Shown: positions 9,494-19,439, numbered from the stretch's first letter. The stretch is DNA of 64,000 bases from an uncultured virus (IMG/VR IMGVR_UViG_3300025085_000011) (IMGVR_UViG_3300025085_000011), one strand, 5' to 3'. Numbers and translations are program-made. Notes: generated from the sequence alone by a model not told the origin.

Positions 9494-10723
9494 GTGAATC
9501 TGTCGAATATTGGTCTTGATTTAATCAAGCACTTTGAAGGTTTGAGATTAATTTCTTATAAAGATGTTGCGGGTGTTGAAACAATTGGTTACGGGCACAC
9601 AGGAGAGGACGTGTACCCTGGTTTAAAAATTACAGAAGACAAAGCACAAAGTCTTTTGCTTGGTGACACAGAGAGTGCTCAAAGATGTGTAAATAACTCT
9701 GTACAAGTTAAGCTAAATCAAAATGAGTTTGATTCGCTTGTTTCGTTTGTTTTTAATGTAGGTGTTACAGCTTTTGCTCAATCCACACTTCTTAAAAAAT
9801 TAAACGCGGGTAACAATAAAACTGAAGTTGCTAGTGAATTTTCTCGTTGGGTTAAAGCTGGGTCGGACGAACCAGTTCCTGGTTTAGTGAGAAGGAGGGC
9901 CGAAGAAAAAAAATTATTTTTAACTCAAGTGAAGCATCCACTTTTGTCTAAAAGCATTTTGGCACTACAGGACACGTGGCTTAAACGAAAACCACTGAAC
10001 TCAAGTTCCTTAGAACCAGAAGACAAGCTCTTCGTACCAAAGGGATCCGCGTGGGAGTGGTCAGAAGTCCGTATGTATGCAGGAGAGCAACACCATCGAA
10101 TCTTTCTAACAGCTAAAGCTGATCAAGAATGGTGGATCTGGCCTCAGCATTGGAAAATTATTAACGACGTAGAGACTGTTGATGCTTCTGCTAACGCAGA
10201 TATCAAACTTAAAACTCCTTATTACTCTCAGCGAGATAATTACAGGGATGCATCACGTACTTGTTTTTCTAGTAGTTGCGCAATGCTCTTAAGCACGTTA
10301 AAACCATCAGCTATATCTGGTGATGACGAGTACATTAAAGAAGTATTTAAGTATGGAGATACAACAGAGGCTTCCGTACAGATTCAAGCACTTAAGCACT
10401 TTGGTGTTGAATCTACTTTTAGCCAAAACGCTAGTTGGGATACTATTGAAGCTCAACTTGCAAAAGGTATACCTGTACCTCTAGGAATTCTCCATCACGG
10501 CTCTGTATCAGCTCCTTCTGGCGGAGGGCATTGGATCGTAGCTTATGGCGTCACTTCAGACAGAAGCAAGTTGTGGGTACAAGATCCTTGGGGAGAATTG
10601 GATCTAATTAGCGGGAACTATGTCAGTCAGAACGGTGCAGGACTTTTGTACTCTAAGAAAAACCTCGGACCAAGATGGCTTGTAGAAGGAAGTAACAGTG
10701 GATGGTGCATTCTTGCTTCGTGA
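9494..10723 (+). CDS. Endolysin: GH24 lysozyme fused to a C39-like cysteine peptidase domain
   Basis: HFEGLRL...Y.DVAGVETIGYGH and GLVRRRAEE. C-terminal YYSQRDN...CFSSSCAM...GGGHW...QDPWG. Confidence 0.85.
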   Translation: MNLSNIGLDLIKHFEGLRLISYKDVAGVETIGYGHTGEDVYPGLKITEDKAQSLLLGDTESAQRCVNNSVQVKLNQNEFDSLVSFVFNVGVTAFAQSTLLKKLNAGNNKTEVASEFSRWVKAGSDEPVPGLVRRRAEEKKLFLTQVKHPLLSKSILALQDTWLKRKPLNSSSLEPEDKLFVPKGSAWEWSEVRMYAGEQHHRIFLTAKADQEWWIWPQHWKIINDVETVDASANADIKLKTPYYSQRDNYRDASRTCFSSSCAMLLSTLKPSAISGDDEYIKEVFKYGDTTEASVQIQALKHFGVESTFSQNASWDTIEAQLAKGIPVPLGILHHGSVSAPSGGGHWIVAYGVTSDRSKLWVQDPWGELDLISGNYVSQNGAGLLYSKKNLGPRWLVEGSNSGWCILAS

Positions 10724-10741
10724 TGTAGTCTGTCTTTTTGG

Positions 10742-10984
10742 ATGACCCTCGTGGAAGAGAGAAGCGTACCGACAGATTGGGATGTACAAAAAGAAAACCG
10801 TAAAGCCAAGTTTATGAATCAACTTTATGAGTTTTACGGATGTGACGACGGCTTGTATACAGGTTTAGCTGCCAGGTTTAAAAATGATATTTTTGAGTTG
10901 ATACGTGACGGTGTAGCGGAAGATTTTGCTTCTCTAGAAGAAGTGTTTATGGTTTTTGATAGAATTACTAGAGAAGCAACGTAG
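10742..10984 (+). CDS. Hypothetical protein
   Basis: 80 aa ORF in operon context. Confidence 0.55.
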   Translation: MTLVEERSVPTDWDVQKENRKAKFMNQLYEFYGCDDGLYTGLAARFKNDIFELIRDGVAEDFASLEEVFMVFDRITREAT

Positions 10985-10987
10985 TCC

Positions 10988-11227
10988 TTGACCTATAAAA
11001 GAGACTACAAACGTGAGTACGAGGTAACTGACGGAACTGCAAAAGTTAAGAAGAAAAGAGCGGCTAGAAATAAAGCTAGACGTTATATGGAGCGTAAAGG
11101 ACTGGTACGTAAGGGAGATGGCAAGGATGTGGATCACAAAGATTCAAATCCAAGTAATAACTCGCCTTCAAATCTTCGCGTAAAAAGTGCTTCAACTAAC
11201 CGTAAAGATAACCAAAGAGGGAGTTAG
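10988..11227 (+). CDS. Small HNH-type protein
   Basis: RAARNKARR...GDGKDVDHKD...NLRV...N. Confidence 0.75.
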   Translation: MTYKRDYKREYEVTDGTAKVKKKRAARNKARRYMERKGLVRKGDGKDVDHKDSNPSNNSPSNLRVKSASTNRKDNQRGS

Positions 11228-11236
11228 ACTAAGCAC

Positions 11237-11752
11237 ATGGATGGTTCTAATTTTCTTCAGCGCCCAGGTGGACTAGGCCCAACATCTAATCGAGTAAAAC
11301 CGATTGGATCTTTGGCTCCTTCTATTCCAGCGGCTTATCAGAACTCAAGTGAGACGATTGAAATCAATCGAGCCACGAGCTTGGATGATGTCAACAGAAC
11401 AATGGTTCAGTTTCAAAAGGATCGTGGCGAGTATGCTCGTGAACCTGTTGGCCCAACTGATTTCCAAAAAGGAAATATTGTTCCTTCTCAACAGATCACA
11501 GGTCCAGCCGGATATAACCACCGCGACCAGTTGATCATTCCTGAGAGACCGATGGACATGTCTAAGGGAGAGTACCTCCTTAAGGCTAACAATGAAATTA
11601 ACCCTGAGCTTCGCAATCAACTCAGTGTTTTAACGTTGCTTCCGACTCAAAATTTCTTGAGTACACCTGATACTTCGCAGAATACAATTCCGCAGAATTA
11701 CATGATGCCCGATAGTTTACCTCTCCAACTACCCTCAGGTCCAAAAAAATGA
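11237..11752 (+). CDS. Hypothetical protein
   Basis: 171 aa, Pro/Gln-rich, TAGACT 6 nt before the ATG. Confidence 0.6.
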   Translation: MDGSNFLQRPGGLGPTSNRVKPIGSLAPSIPAAYQNSSETIEINRATSLDDVNRTMVQFQKDRGEYAREPVGPTDFQKGNIVPSQQITGPAGYNHRDQLIIPERPMDMSKGEYLLKANNEINPELRNQLSVLTLLPTQNFLSTPDTSQNTIPQNYMMPDSLPLQLPSGPKK

Positions 11753-11892
11753 TGTCTTCTCAATCTGAACAGATGCGTATGGCTGGTATGCGTCTCGGCG
11801 GTGCTGGGCCTGCTGACGTTAAGAGAATGATCTCAAACCCATCTGAAATTACTGCTCGGCTACGCTATCAACAGACTTTCCCCAGAAGCTAG
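11749..11892 (+). CDS. Small hypothetical protein (47 aa, not in ORF track)
   Basis: ATGA overlap upstream, stop abuts the thyX start. Confidence 0.5.
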   Translation: MMSSQSEQMRMAGMRLGGAGPADVKRMISNPSEITARLRYQQTFPRS

Positions 11893-12588
11893 TTGGCTGA
11901 GATACATACGGCAAAACTTGACTGGATCACTCCAGATGCTCAAAAGGTAGTAGCAAGACACGCAAGAGTGTCTACAGAAGATCCTGAGCGAGACAAGTAT
12001 GAGGGACTTTTAAAGTACTGTATACAACACGGTCATTGGAGTGTATTTGAGCAGGCTTCTTGTTCCTTTGAGGTCATTACGACAAGAGCAATTTCTGCTC
12101 AAATTTTGCGACATAGAACTTTTACTTTTCAAGAACTATCTCAACGGTACTGCGACCCAAAGAAAGTATTAGATCTAGAGGAAAAACCATTTCGATTTGA
12201 TCTACGTTTTCAAGCCGAAAAGAATAGGCAGAGCAGTTCTGACAAGATACCCATGAAACTCCAAGAAGAGTTTTGGGATCGACTCGAAATTTTTGACGGC
12301 ATCGTTCACGATCTTTACGAAGATATGATTCGTGCTGGCGTGGCACGCGAATGCGCAAGAAATATGCTTCCTTTATACACGCCCACAAAAATTCACATTG
12401 CTGGCACAATTCGTTCGTTTATCCACTACGTAGGTTTGCGAGGACAAGACGAAACGCAGCTTGAACATAGAGATATTGCTCGCTCTATTGGCACAGTGTT
12501 GAGTTGTGAGGTTCCGATAATTATTGCAGCTGTTAAAAACTCAGAAGATAAAAGTCTTAAAGGTTGGGACTTTCTCAGCACTGTTTAA
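11893..12588 (+). CDS. thyX: Flavin-dependent thymidylate synthase
   Basis: GHWSVFEQ, QILRHRTFTFQELSQRY (ThyX motif), ARECAR, TQLEHR. Confidence 0.95.
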   Translation: MAEIHTAKLDWITPDAQKVVARHARVSTEDPERDKYEGLLKYCIQHGHWSVFEQASCSFEVITTRAISAQILRHRTFTFQELSQRYCDPKKVLDLEEKPFRFDLRFQAEKNRQSSSDKIPMKLQEEFWDRLEIFDGIVHDLYEDMIRAGVARECARNMLPLYTPTKIHIAGTIRSFIHYVGLRGQDETQLEHRDIARSIGTVLSCEVPIIIAAVKNSEDKSLKGWDFLSTV

Positions 12589-13161
12589 CTAAGGCTTGAC
12601 GTTTTCCCAAGGAGACGGAGGAGCAGGAACTGATGTTGGCATAGCCTGATTATTTTTAGCGGCTTGTTGAAGCTGCAGATACTGCAACGCACGTTTGTGC
12701 TGATCTAGGTCTTGTGCCATCGCCTGTGTTTGACTCTCTGCCCACTTTTTTGCGTTAGTGGTTAATTCGTCCAACGCACTTTGCGCGTGAGGGTAGACAA
12801 AAACTACACCAGCACCTGTTTTCACAGGTACTTTTTGTCCATCAGCGTTTTCAGCCAACTGAGTCAGAAAATTATGAGCTTGAGCTAAAGGAACATTCGC
12901 CATGAACGAAAGTTGGACTGGATCAACAATCCCTCGATTACTTTCATATAAAGCACTAAAGCAACCAGTGACTCTGTTTGCCATCTGTGTCTCTTGTAGC
13001 TTTTTATATTCTTTATCTTTGCCTAGTGCAGTTCCTCCGAGGAGTCCCCCAGCAAAGACAAAGGCAGCACTCACATATTGAGGAGCTACAAACGCCGTGG
13101 TAATCCCAACAGCGGCACTTAGTCCTAGGGAAAGACCGAGGTTAGTTAGAGGCTTTGTCAT
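12589..13161 (-). CDS. Hypothetical membrane protein
   Basis: Likely start MTKPLTNL at 13161, two N-terminal hydrophobic segments. Confidence 0.65.
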   Translation of the reverse strand: MTKPLTNLGLSLGLSAAVGITTAFVAPQYVSAAFVFAGGLLGGTALGKDKEYKKLQETQMANRVTGCFSALYESNRGIVDPVQLSFMANVPLAQAHNFLTQLAENADGQKVPVKTGAGVVFVYPHAQSALDELTTNAKKWAESQTQAMAQDLDQHKRALQYLQLQQAAKNNQAMPTSVPAPPSPWENVKP

Positions 13162-15904
13162 GCTTTTGAAACGCTGTTTCCCAGTTATTTGTGTGTGGAT
13201 CTTGCGCAAACTCTACAGGGGTAGGTAGGCGCTCTGAACCGCGTGTTGCTCGATCAGAGTTTACATCGTATGGCTTGAGACGTAGACCTTTTATAGAAGG
13301 AATACCGTCATTTAACACGATTTTAACGGAATTAAGTTTCAGGATGTTCACACAAGCTTCCTTAGTGCGCTCAACGAAACGATGTTTTGCTGCAGGCTTA
13401 TAACCACAAGACTTACAGAAGTTTGCGTAGCTAGGATAAAGAGCACCGTATGCATTCGCAACATACATTCCTTTTTCACCCTCGTCAGCATTTGGTTTAC
13501 GCGCACCAGCACCAACAGCCGTGATTGTATTAGGTGCATAAAGACAGCAGTCGTTTAGCCAAGCGACAAATTGATTGTTAAAAAGAAGAGCTTCGATATT
13601 GTTTTTGTTCAAAGAGGGGACATGTTTCGTGGGATTAGCAAGAACGTCCTTCATCGTTGCGTAATCCATGGTAAGAGCCCAACTAACAATCCCACTCATC
13701 TCATTTACAAAAGCGCCTTCAATCCTGTCGTCGTAGACACTAATCAACTCTTTTCGAGAGCTGGGGTCAACTACTTTGTCCATGACGATTGTCAGGCGGC
13801 GACGTTCAAGACCGCTACTTGAGTCGTTTGACGTAATGTGCTCATTACTAGCAATACACACAAGACACTCAGGCTTAAAGCTGATTATCTCTTTACCATA
13901 TTTTCGTTCAGCTCTAAGTGTATCTGATGCTGACGTTAGCTTTTTAAGTACGTCCATGCGCTTGTTGTAGTTCGATTCGTCTGTAAGTAGAAGTAGTTTC
14001 TTACCAATCAAGTTGTATGTTTCAAATTTATTGGTCTCGATAACTTCCAAACTTGATGTATGTGTACCGTGATAACCAGCTAACGCAATCATCAACTGCT
14101 GCATTGTTGATTTTCCTGTACCGCCAGGGCCAACCAGATGAAGAAATCTCTCACCTCCTGTATAACCAGTCAGTAATGCGCGAGCAAATGCTTGAATTAA
14201 TTTTTCTTGCCCTATGTCTAAAGCTGATTTAATCCAGCGCATGAACTCTGGACAGTGAGAATTTTCGTTATAGGAGTAAGCAAGCTTGTGACGAAGGTAA
14301 AGCTCCTTATTACACCCCGCCTCAAACTCCAGCGTGGACGTATCTAAAATTCCGTTCTGAAAAGGTATACACCCTCTGGATTTAGTCCAGATGCTCCTCC
14401 TTCCGCCATCTGCAGATTTAAGCAGCTTGCACTTTAAAATCGAAAATACGCTACTTATTGTCGCAGCATTATACTTACCAAGAACACCAGCAGAAATAAA
14501 AGTGTCTAAAGCTTTTACAATTCTTCGTTTGATATGCTGCTCATCTTGGTGATACCAGATATCTAGATCTTCGTCGTAGTGATAAAACTGATCAAGATAA
14601 CTGTCGTACAAGAACTGATCGCCCTGGTTTGAAACAATTATGTCCGCTACGTCGTTTTCAGAAAACTCTCTTCTGGCATTACCTTGCGCAGCTACTAATT
14701 GAGTAGGAGTTTGAGGTGTTGTAGAACTTGTCATGGGTTTTGAAGGTGTTTTTGATTTTTTTGTTTTACTGACTGGATTTAGGTCAAACGAACTCATGTC
14801 CATAACAGCGCTAACAGCTTCTTGTCGCTTTGCTTCTGCTACCGATTCTTTGATCTCATCAGTCGCGTGGGTGTCATAGATAGAACGACTTACGCGTCTA
14901 ATTTTTTTCCAGGTTCCAACCTCTCCTAAGTCTGAAGCAAGAGCTACTGCAGGCTGCAGCTCGTCTGGGTTCTTAATTGAATTAAGAATCCTCCCAAATT
15001 TTCCATCAATCTCATGAGGGTAACCATAGATGTTTTCAAATGCAGTATAGCTCACAGAGAGCGGTGTTGCGCACAGAGCAATACTGTTCTTATTACACCA
15101 GTTTGCCCACCCGATCAGCTCTTTAAAAACTGCAGCCATGGTCGAACTTCGGTCGCCTACCTCGTTTCCCTGTAACACAGAACTCACTGTGTTTGATACA
15201 ACTCGTTCGATATCTAGACCATTCTTACGCAGTGTCACTTTATTTAAATACTCTTCTGGATCACCCTCTTGAGTTTGGAGCTGAGTTGGAGCCTCGTTGT
15301 ATTCCCTAAAAGCATCGTCTATTTTAGTTTTTGGTATGAAATTGTCAGATACCAGAAACACATCAGCCATATTTTTTGCTCCGTAGAACAAATTGGGGAT
15401 GGTAGTTGCTCTTACATCTGAACCAGGGATGAGTGAATAGATTTTCTTACAGAACCAACTGTAAAAATTTGGATCGTATATAGAGTGTTCAAGACCAAAG
15501 ACAAGCCTGAAACGAGGCCAAGATTCCGACGTGGAAGGTGAGTAATAACCACAAGTTAAGTATTTTTTGCATATTTCTAAACTTAATGCCTGCTCAACTG
15601 TAAGCTCTTGTTTTTGTAGTTTTTCTCCGTTCGGTCCTTTTCCATCAGCTTGATTATCTATATCGACAATAATGAGACCAGCTACGATGACTCCTGTCGA
15701 TCCCTGAGTTCGTTTGCCTTCCCGGAGATGCCAAGCACATAAACCTGCTTTGGCTCCTACAGAAGATTTTATCTGCTCAGCGTTAGCTTGAACCGATCGC
15801 CAATTTTGATTAAAAGCTGAGAAGTTTCCGCCCGCTTCAATCTTCCCTGTTTTTTCGTCGAGGTGAGGGACGACAGCCTCATTAACTGAGCAAATAAAGT
15901 GCAT
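13142..15904 (-). CDS. DNA primase-helicase (primase-like N-terminus plus D5/P4-family SF3 helicase)
   Basis: IVDIDN and SPS...PRFRLVF in the N-terminus. IPFQNG, Walker A GPGGTGKS, LLLTDE and GLERRR in the helicase. Confidence 0.88.
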   Translation of the reverse strand: MHFICSVNEAVVPHLDEKTGKIEAGGNFSAFNQNWRSVQANAEQIKSSVGAKAGLCAWHLREGKRTQGSTGVIVAGLIIVDIDNQADGKGPNGEKLQKQELTVEQALSLEICKKYLTCGYYSPSTSESWPRFRLVFGLEHSIYDPNFYSWFCKKIYSLIPGSDVRATTIPNLFYGAKNMADVFLVSDNFIPKTKIDDAFREYNEAPTQLQTQEGDPEEYLNKVTLRKNGLDIERVVSNTVSSVLQGNEVGDRSSTMAAVFKELIGWANWCNKNSIALCATPLSVSYTAFENIYGYPHEIDGKFGRILNSIKNPDELQPAVALASDLGEVGTWKKIRRVSRSIYDTHATDEIKESVAEAKRQEAVSAVMDMSSFDLNPVSKTKKSKTPSKPMTSSTTPQTPTQLVAAQGNARREFSENDVADIIVSNQGDQFLYDSYLDQFYHYDEDLDIWYHQDEQHIKRRIVKALDTFISAGVLGKYNAATISSVFSILKCKLLKSADGGRRSIWTKSRGCIPFQNGILDTSTLEFEAGCNKELYLRHKLAYSYNENSHCPEFMRWIKSALDIGQEKLIQAFARALLTGYTGGERFLHLVGPGGTGKSTMQQLMIALAGYHGTHTSSLEVIETNKFETYNLIGKKLLLLTDESNYNKRMDVLKKLTSASDTLRAERKYGKEIISFKPECLVCIASNEHITSNDSSSGLERRRLTIVMDKVVDPSSRKELISVYDDRIEGAFVNEMSGIVSWALTMDYATMKDVLANPTKHVPSLNKNNIEALLFNNQFVAWLNDCCLYAPNTITAVGAGARKPNADEGEKGMYVANAYGALYPSYANFCKSCGYKPAAKHRFVERTKEACVNILKLNSVKIVLNDGIPSIKGLRLKPYDVNSDRATRGSERLPTPVEFAQDPHTNNWETAFQKHDKASN

Positions 15905-16011
15905 GATGTTCTTCTGTGTCCTTTAGTATGCCATGGTTTTTACTGAATCTTATTAAGAAACAATAAAGCGAACGCTCTTACAGCAGCTGCACGAAACTGA
16001 GTCTAAGCTCT

Positions 16012-16791
16012 TCAAGCTGCTTTTCCAGACTCATAATAATCTGCAACCACCTGAAACCAAGCTTCCTGGTCTTTTTCAACTTCGTTTGGACCGAATGTAA
16101 ATATCTGAGTGTTGTATTCCTTGATAGCTGTTGTAACAATAATCTGAGTTTTTTCAATCTTAATACCTAAACAAGCCTCAGCTGCTGCTTTATATGCCGC
16201 TAATTGTAATCTTGTTTTTTTTGTTTTAAAAACTCCACTAATTAAAGCTTTTTTTGTTTTTTCGTCTAAATTGTTTTTTTTGTTTGGAAATCTTGCACTA
16301 TATGGTCCATTACTTGTTTTAAAATCAGCCAATACTATTTCAGCGTTACTGTTCATATAAATTAAGTCACAGCAACCCGCGTACCCGTACCCAGTGTTTT
16401 CGTCGTAGTAATGAATTCTACCTACTCCGTCGTCTCCTACATAGTCAGACCAGCTTGGTTGGTTAAATGGTTTTTCAGACCACAGAACACGACCACCTTC
16501 AAGCAAGTCATCTAATAGTTCAGGAACACCGTCCCAGAAAGGAAGATAATTGTCTGGAGGGATGACACGTAACCCACGTAAGTAATTTTCCACGCTGTTG
16601 TGGATCCAGTTTCCTCTTTCAGCTGCAGCGTCTGCAACCCCTGGATTCATCAAATTCCAATGAGCTAGCTTCTGTCTCGTAGCTTCAGTCGCCGTGGCAC
16701 TTAGAACAGACGTAACCGAAGGTAGAGGTTTTGGTACTCCTCCACAAATATAGTGTCTTCTTCCATTAATCGTTACGCGAGTATCAGACAC
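16012..16791 (-). CDS. PD-(D/E)XK exonuclease
   Basis: PSVTSVL, RGNWIH, YAGCCDL...LADFKTS, LQLAAY. Confidence 0.85.
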   Translation of the reverse strand: MSDTRVTINGRRHYICGGVPKPLPSVTSVLSATATEATRQKLAHWNLMNPGVADAAAERGNWIHNSVENYLRGLRVIPPDNYLPFWDGVPELLDDLLEGGRVLWSEKPFNQPSWSDYVGDDGVGRIHYYDENTGYGYAGCCDLIYMNSNAEIVLADFKTSNGPYSARFPNKKNNLDEKTKKALISGVFKTKKTRLQLAAYKAAAEACLGIKIEKTQIIVTTAIKEYNTQIFTFGPNEVEKDQEAWFQVVADYYESGKAA

Positions 16792-16828
16792 AATAATTGT
16801 GTAATTTTAATTAGCTTAGTCTAATTTT

Positions 16829-17122
16829 TTAATCTTGCTTGTTTGGGATTTCCTCAAGTTCTTCTAAAAAAAACTCAGACTGCTGATATTGATATTGCTT
16901 ATTACGTTGTTCTAATTCATCCATAAGACACAGAGCGGCACTAAATCCTTCTAACACAACCTCTGCGCACTCATCTGCACTTCTAACTTGACCCCCAGGG
17001 TCCACACACTCGGTAAGTAGTTGATTACCAGCAAGCAATCCAGCTAATTTATCTAGTTTTATATTGGTTTGTTCCTGGAGTGTAATTAAGCGCTCAAGCT
17101 TGTCGTTGAAGTTCCCTCTCAT
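16829..17122 (-). CDS. Hypothetical protein
   Basis: Likely start MRGNFNDKL at 17122, ATGA overlap. Confidence 0.6.
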   Translation of the reverse strand: MRGNFNDKLERLITLQEQTNIKLDKLAGLLAGNQLLTECVDPGGQVRSADECAEVVLEGFSAALCLMDELEQRNKQYQYQQSEFFLEELEEIPNKQD

Positions 17123-17655
17123 AGTTTTAGATCCCGCGAGTTCTGCCAGTTTATAGAATAATCTATCGCTGTCCTTACTTTCGCTTCTCCGGCGTCTGTA
17201 AACACAAACCACGCAGAAGTTACTGAGTCTTTTGCTTTTATCTCATCTGCACGAAATGCAGGTCGAGGACTAAGAACCTTAATGTTTGTCAACGCAAATT
17301 TTTCAAGAAAGTTCTCTCGAGTTTTTGTAGGCTCCAAAAATGTCAGCCTATCGAGAATACAGACTCCTCTTCTTGCTACCTGAACACCACAGTCTGTAAC
17401 CCACTGCGTGTACTCTTTGTTACCTTGAGTGATAGCAATTACCCAGTCTATCTGGTTTTTGTACTGAGCCCACCAGTCAAGGTCTGTCACATTTTCTTCT
17501 GACTCATTTATAGTTACTTCATCTTTACTAAATTCTTGTACTTGTTTTTTAAGCTCTCCTGTAACGTCTAAAGGGAGTAAGACACTACCTTTAAACCATT
17601 CGCATTTTCCTATAGGATTAAAAATACCAGAAGGAACTCTGTAAAACTTAGACAT
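17119..17655 (-). CDS. Adenine DNA methyltransferase-like protein with degenerate catalytic motifs
   Basis: RLTFLEP...R...FL and DSVTSAWFVF match small phage MTases. The NPPF position reads DWVIAITQG. Confidence 0.6.
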   Translation of the reverse strand: MSKFYRVPSGIFNPIGKCEWFKGSVLLPLDVTGELKKQVQEFSKDEVTINESEENVTDLDWWAQYKNQIDWVIAITQGNKEYTQWVTDCGVQVARRGVCILDRLTFLEPTKTRENFLEKFALTNIKVLSPRPAFRADEIKAKDSVTSAWFVFTDAGEAKVRTAIDYSINWQNSRDLKL

Positions 17656-17896
17656 GCTTAGAGATGATCTGGTTGAAAAATTAAGGAGCCATTTGTCCTT
17701 GGAGGAAGACCTAGGACACCGTGTGTTTATGGACGCACTATATGACCTTAACAAGACTGAAGCTCGCGAGGTGCTTGAGGTTATTCATTTATCGTATCTT
17801 ATAAGGGGAAGGCTTTTGGAAAAGATCGTCCTTTACTCTATAACGCATGATCTTCCTCTGCCTAGTTTTGGCGACTTAATAGATTACGAAGATTAA
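17654..17896 (+). CDS. Hypothetical protein, divergent from the MTase-like gene
   Basis: 80 aa helical ORF that fills the gap. Its ATG overlaps the opposite-strand ATG. Confidence 0.6.
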   Translation: MLRDDLVEKLRSHLSLEEDLGHRVFMDALYDLNKTEAREVLEVIHLSYLIRGRLLEKIVLYSITHDLPLPSFGDLIDYED

Positions 17897-17900
17897 ACAC

Positions 17901-17934
17901 AAAAAAAGACTCGAAGCCTGAGAACTCCGAGCCT
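17901..17934 (-). terminator. Intrinsic terminator
   Basis: Minus strand aggctcg...cgagtct followed by a T-tract, after 17959..18777. Confidence 0.55.
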
Positions 17935-17958
17935 ATCTCCCCCAAGATAAAGCTTACG

Positions 17959-18777
17959 TCACACAGACAAACCCGCGTCCTTTAGGGCTTTAAGTTGTGC
18001 GTCTGTCAGTTCCTTCTTTTCACCCGCATCTGCTGTGGGAGGGGCAGAAACTTTTTTACCGGGAACACCGGCATCAGCAGGAAGAGCAGCTAAACCTTGC
18101 GGTGTTCCAGCCTCTAACCTTTTGGGGTTTTGATCGATGAACGAGGTTTTGATCTTTTCGTGATCTTCTCCCATAGGAAGCTCGACCAGATTAGAACCGG
18201 GGATAACAGCTCGTAGTGCAGACGCCACGAGATCTGCTGAAGCTTCGAGCCAAGCTCCAACGTCTTCGATGAGTTTTTTCTCATCATCGTTCTGAGCCGG
18301 ACGGTCTTTGAACTCTACGACGTTGTAGTTGATTTTTGCTCCATCAGCTCCTGTCACAGGATCACGCTCATTGAATGATCGCTGTACAAATTTCGTAGAA
18401 GTAATTACTTCTCCTACATTGATCCTGTTGTTGTAGAGCGTTTGAAAATACGAGATAAAGTTTTTTTGAGACGATTTGCCGCTGATGATGCTAGTACAAA
18501 CGCATCGTGGAGGTAGTAAACGATGAGAAGGCGTGACACCAATGTAAGAAATACGAATAAACTCTTCATGCGTCCGCATTCCGAGGTTGCCGAAATACGG
18601 TGTGAAACCAAGAAGGATGAACTCAATCGGTATCCCATTGTCGTTCGTGTCGGTGATCGCAGAGTCCGGGTCATTATCGGATTTCCAGCGACGTGCTTGA
18701 AGATCGATGCGTAACGTGTGCGGTGGTAGTTGACAGAGAATTTCTTCTGCATTGAATTTGCCAGCGATAAATACCAT
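17959..18777 (-). CDS. Hypothetical replication-module protein (possible ssDNA-binding/annealing)
   Basis: 272 aa, adjacent to an SSB-like gene, flexible C-terminal tail. Function inferred from context only. Confidence 0.45.
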   Translation of the reverse strand: MVFIAGKFNAEEILCQLPPHTLRIDLQARRWKSDNDPDSAITDTNDNGIPIEFILLGFTPYFGNLGMRTHEEFIRISYIGVTPSHRLLPPRCVCTSIISGKSSQKNFISYFQTLYNNRINVGEVITSTKFVQRSFNERDPVTGADGAKINYNVVEFKDRPAQNDDEKKLIEDVGAWLEASADLVASALRAVIPGSNLVELPMGEDHEKIKTSFIDQNPKRLEAGTPQGLAALPADAGVPGKKVSAPPTADAGEKKELTDAQLKALKDAGLSV

Positions 18778-18794
18778 GAGAAAATTCCGTTAGT

Positions 18795-19439
18795 TTAGAG
18801 AGAAAAATCGAGTGAACCTAGAGCGGCTTTTGAAACGACACCTTTTTCAGGGTCAGCTGCTTTTTTTGGTGCAGGTTTAGACCCTCTAGGAAGGTATAAA
18901 ACTTTAGAGACCCCGTAGTTGATGTATTTTTTGTCTTCTCTTTCAGATGACGTAAAGCTACCAACAGCAATGGTCGGAGTCCCAGGAGGCAGTTCAGCCA
19001 TTTCCTTAGAAAGCTTGTTCCAGCCGGATAGTGCGAACCACTGTGTTTCTTTCTTTTCATCCTGCCAAGCAAGAGATCGGTTAGTCACAGTGTTGTCTCC
19101 CAGCTCCTTTTCGGTGGCGATAGGACCAAGACCACCTGTAGCGACAAACAGATTTATCGCAAGTAAATCATCCCAGTTACCTTGCGTCGCCACAAGAATC
19201 GGCTGCATCTGCAAAACTCCATCTGGATTGGCCTTGGTAGGACCAATCGCAAGGATTGTTTCGTTTTCTGTTAAGCCGTTTAAGAGCTTACCAACGTAGT
19301 GGTCGGCTTTCATAGAAAGGACCACCTTGGTTGGAATTTTTTTGTCACTAGGTGGCAAGGAGCTAGTGATGACGTTAGTCACACCATCTTCAGTTGCCGC
19401 TGTGTCAGTGACCCTGAGTCCCAGAAGGAATACGTTCAC
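18795..19439 (-). CDS. SSB-like protein (probably two OB folds)
   Basis: ETQWFALSGWNKLSKEMAELPPGTPTIAVG resembles the SSB core, acidic/hydrophobic end DFSL. Confidence 0.6.
   Translation of the reverse strand: MNVFLLGLRVTDTAATEDGVTNVITSSLPPSDKKIPTKVVLSMKADHYVGKLLNGLTENETILAIGPTKANPDGVLQMQPILVATQGNWDDLLAINLFVATGGLGPIATEKELGDNTVTNRSLAWQDEKKETQWFALSGWNKLSKEMAELPPGTPTIAVGSFTSSEREDKKYINYGVSKVLYLPRGSKPAPKKAADPEKGVVSKAALGSLDFSL

Noticed and set aside
6143..11227. HNH genes as intron-encoded mobile elements
   Set aside because: Both are free-standing and no interrupted host gene flanks them.
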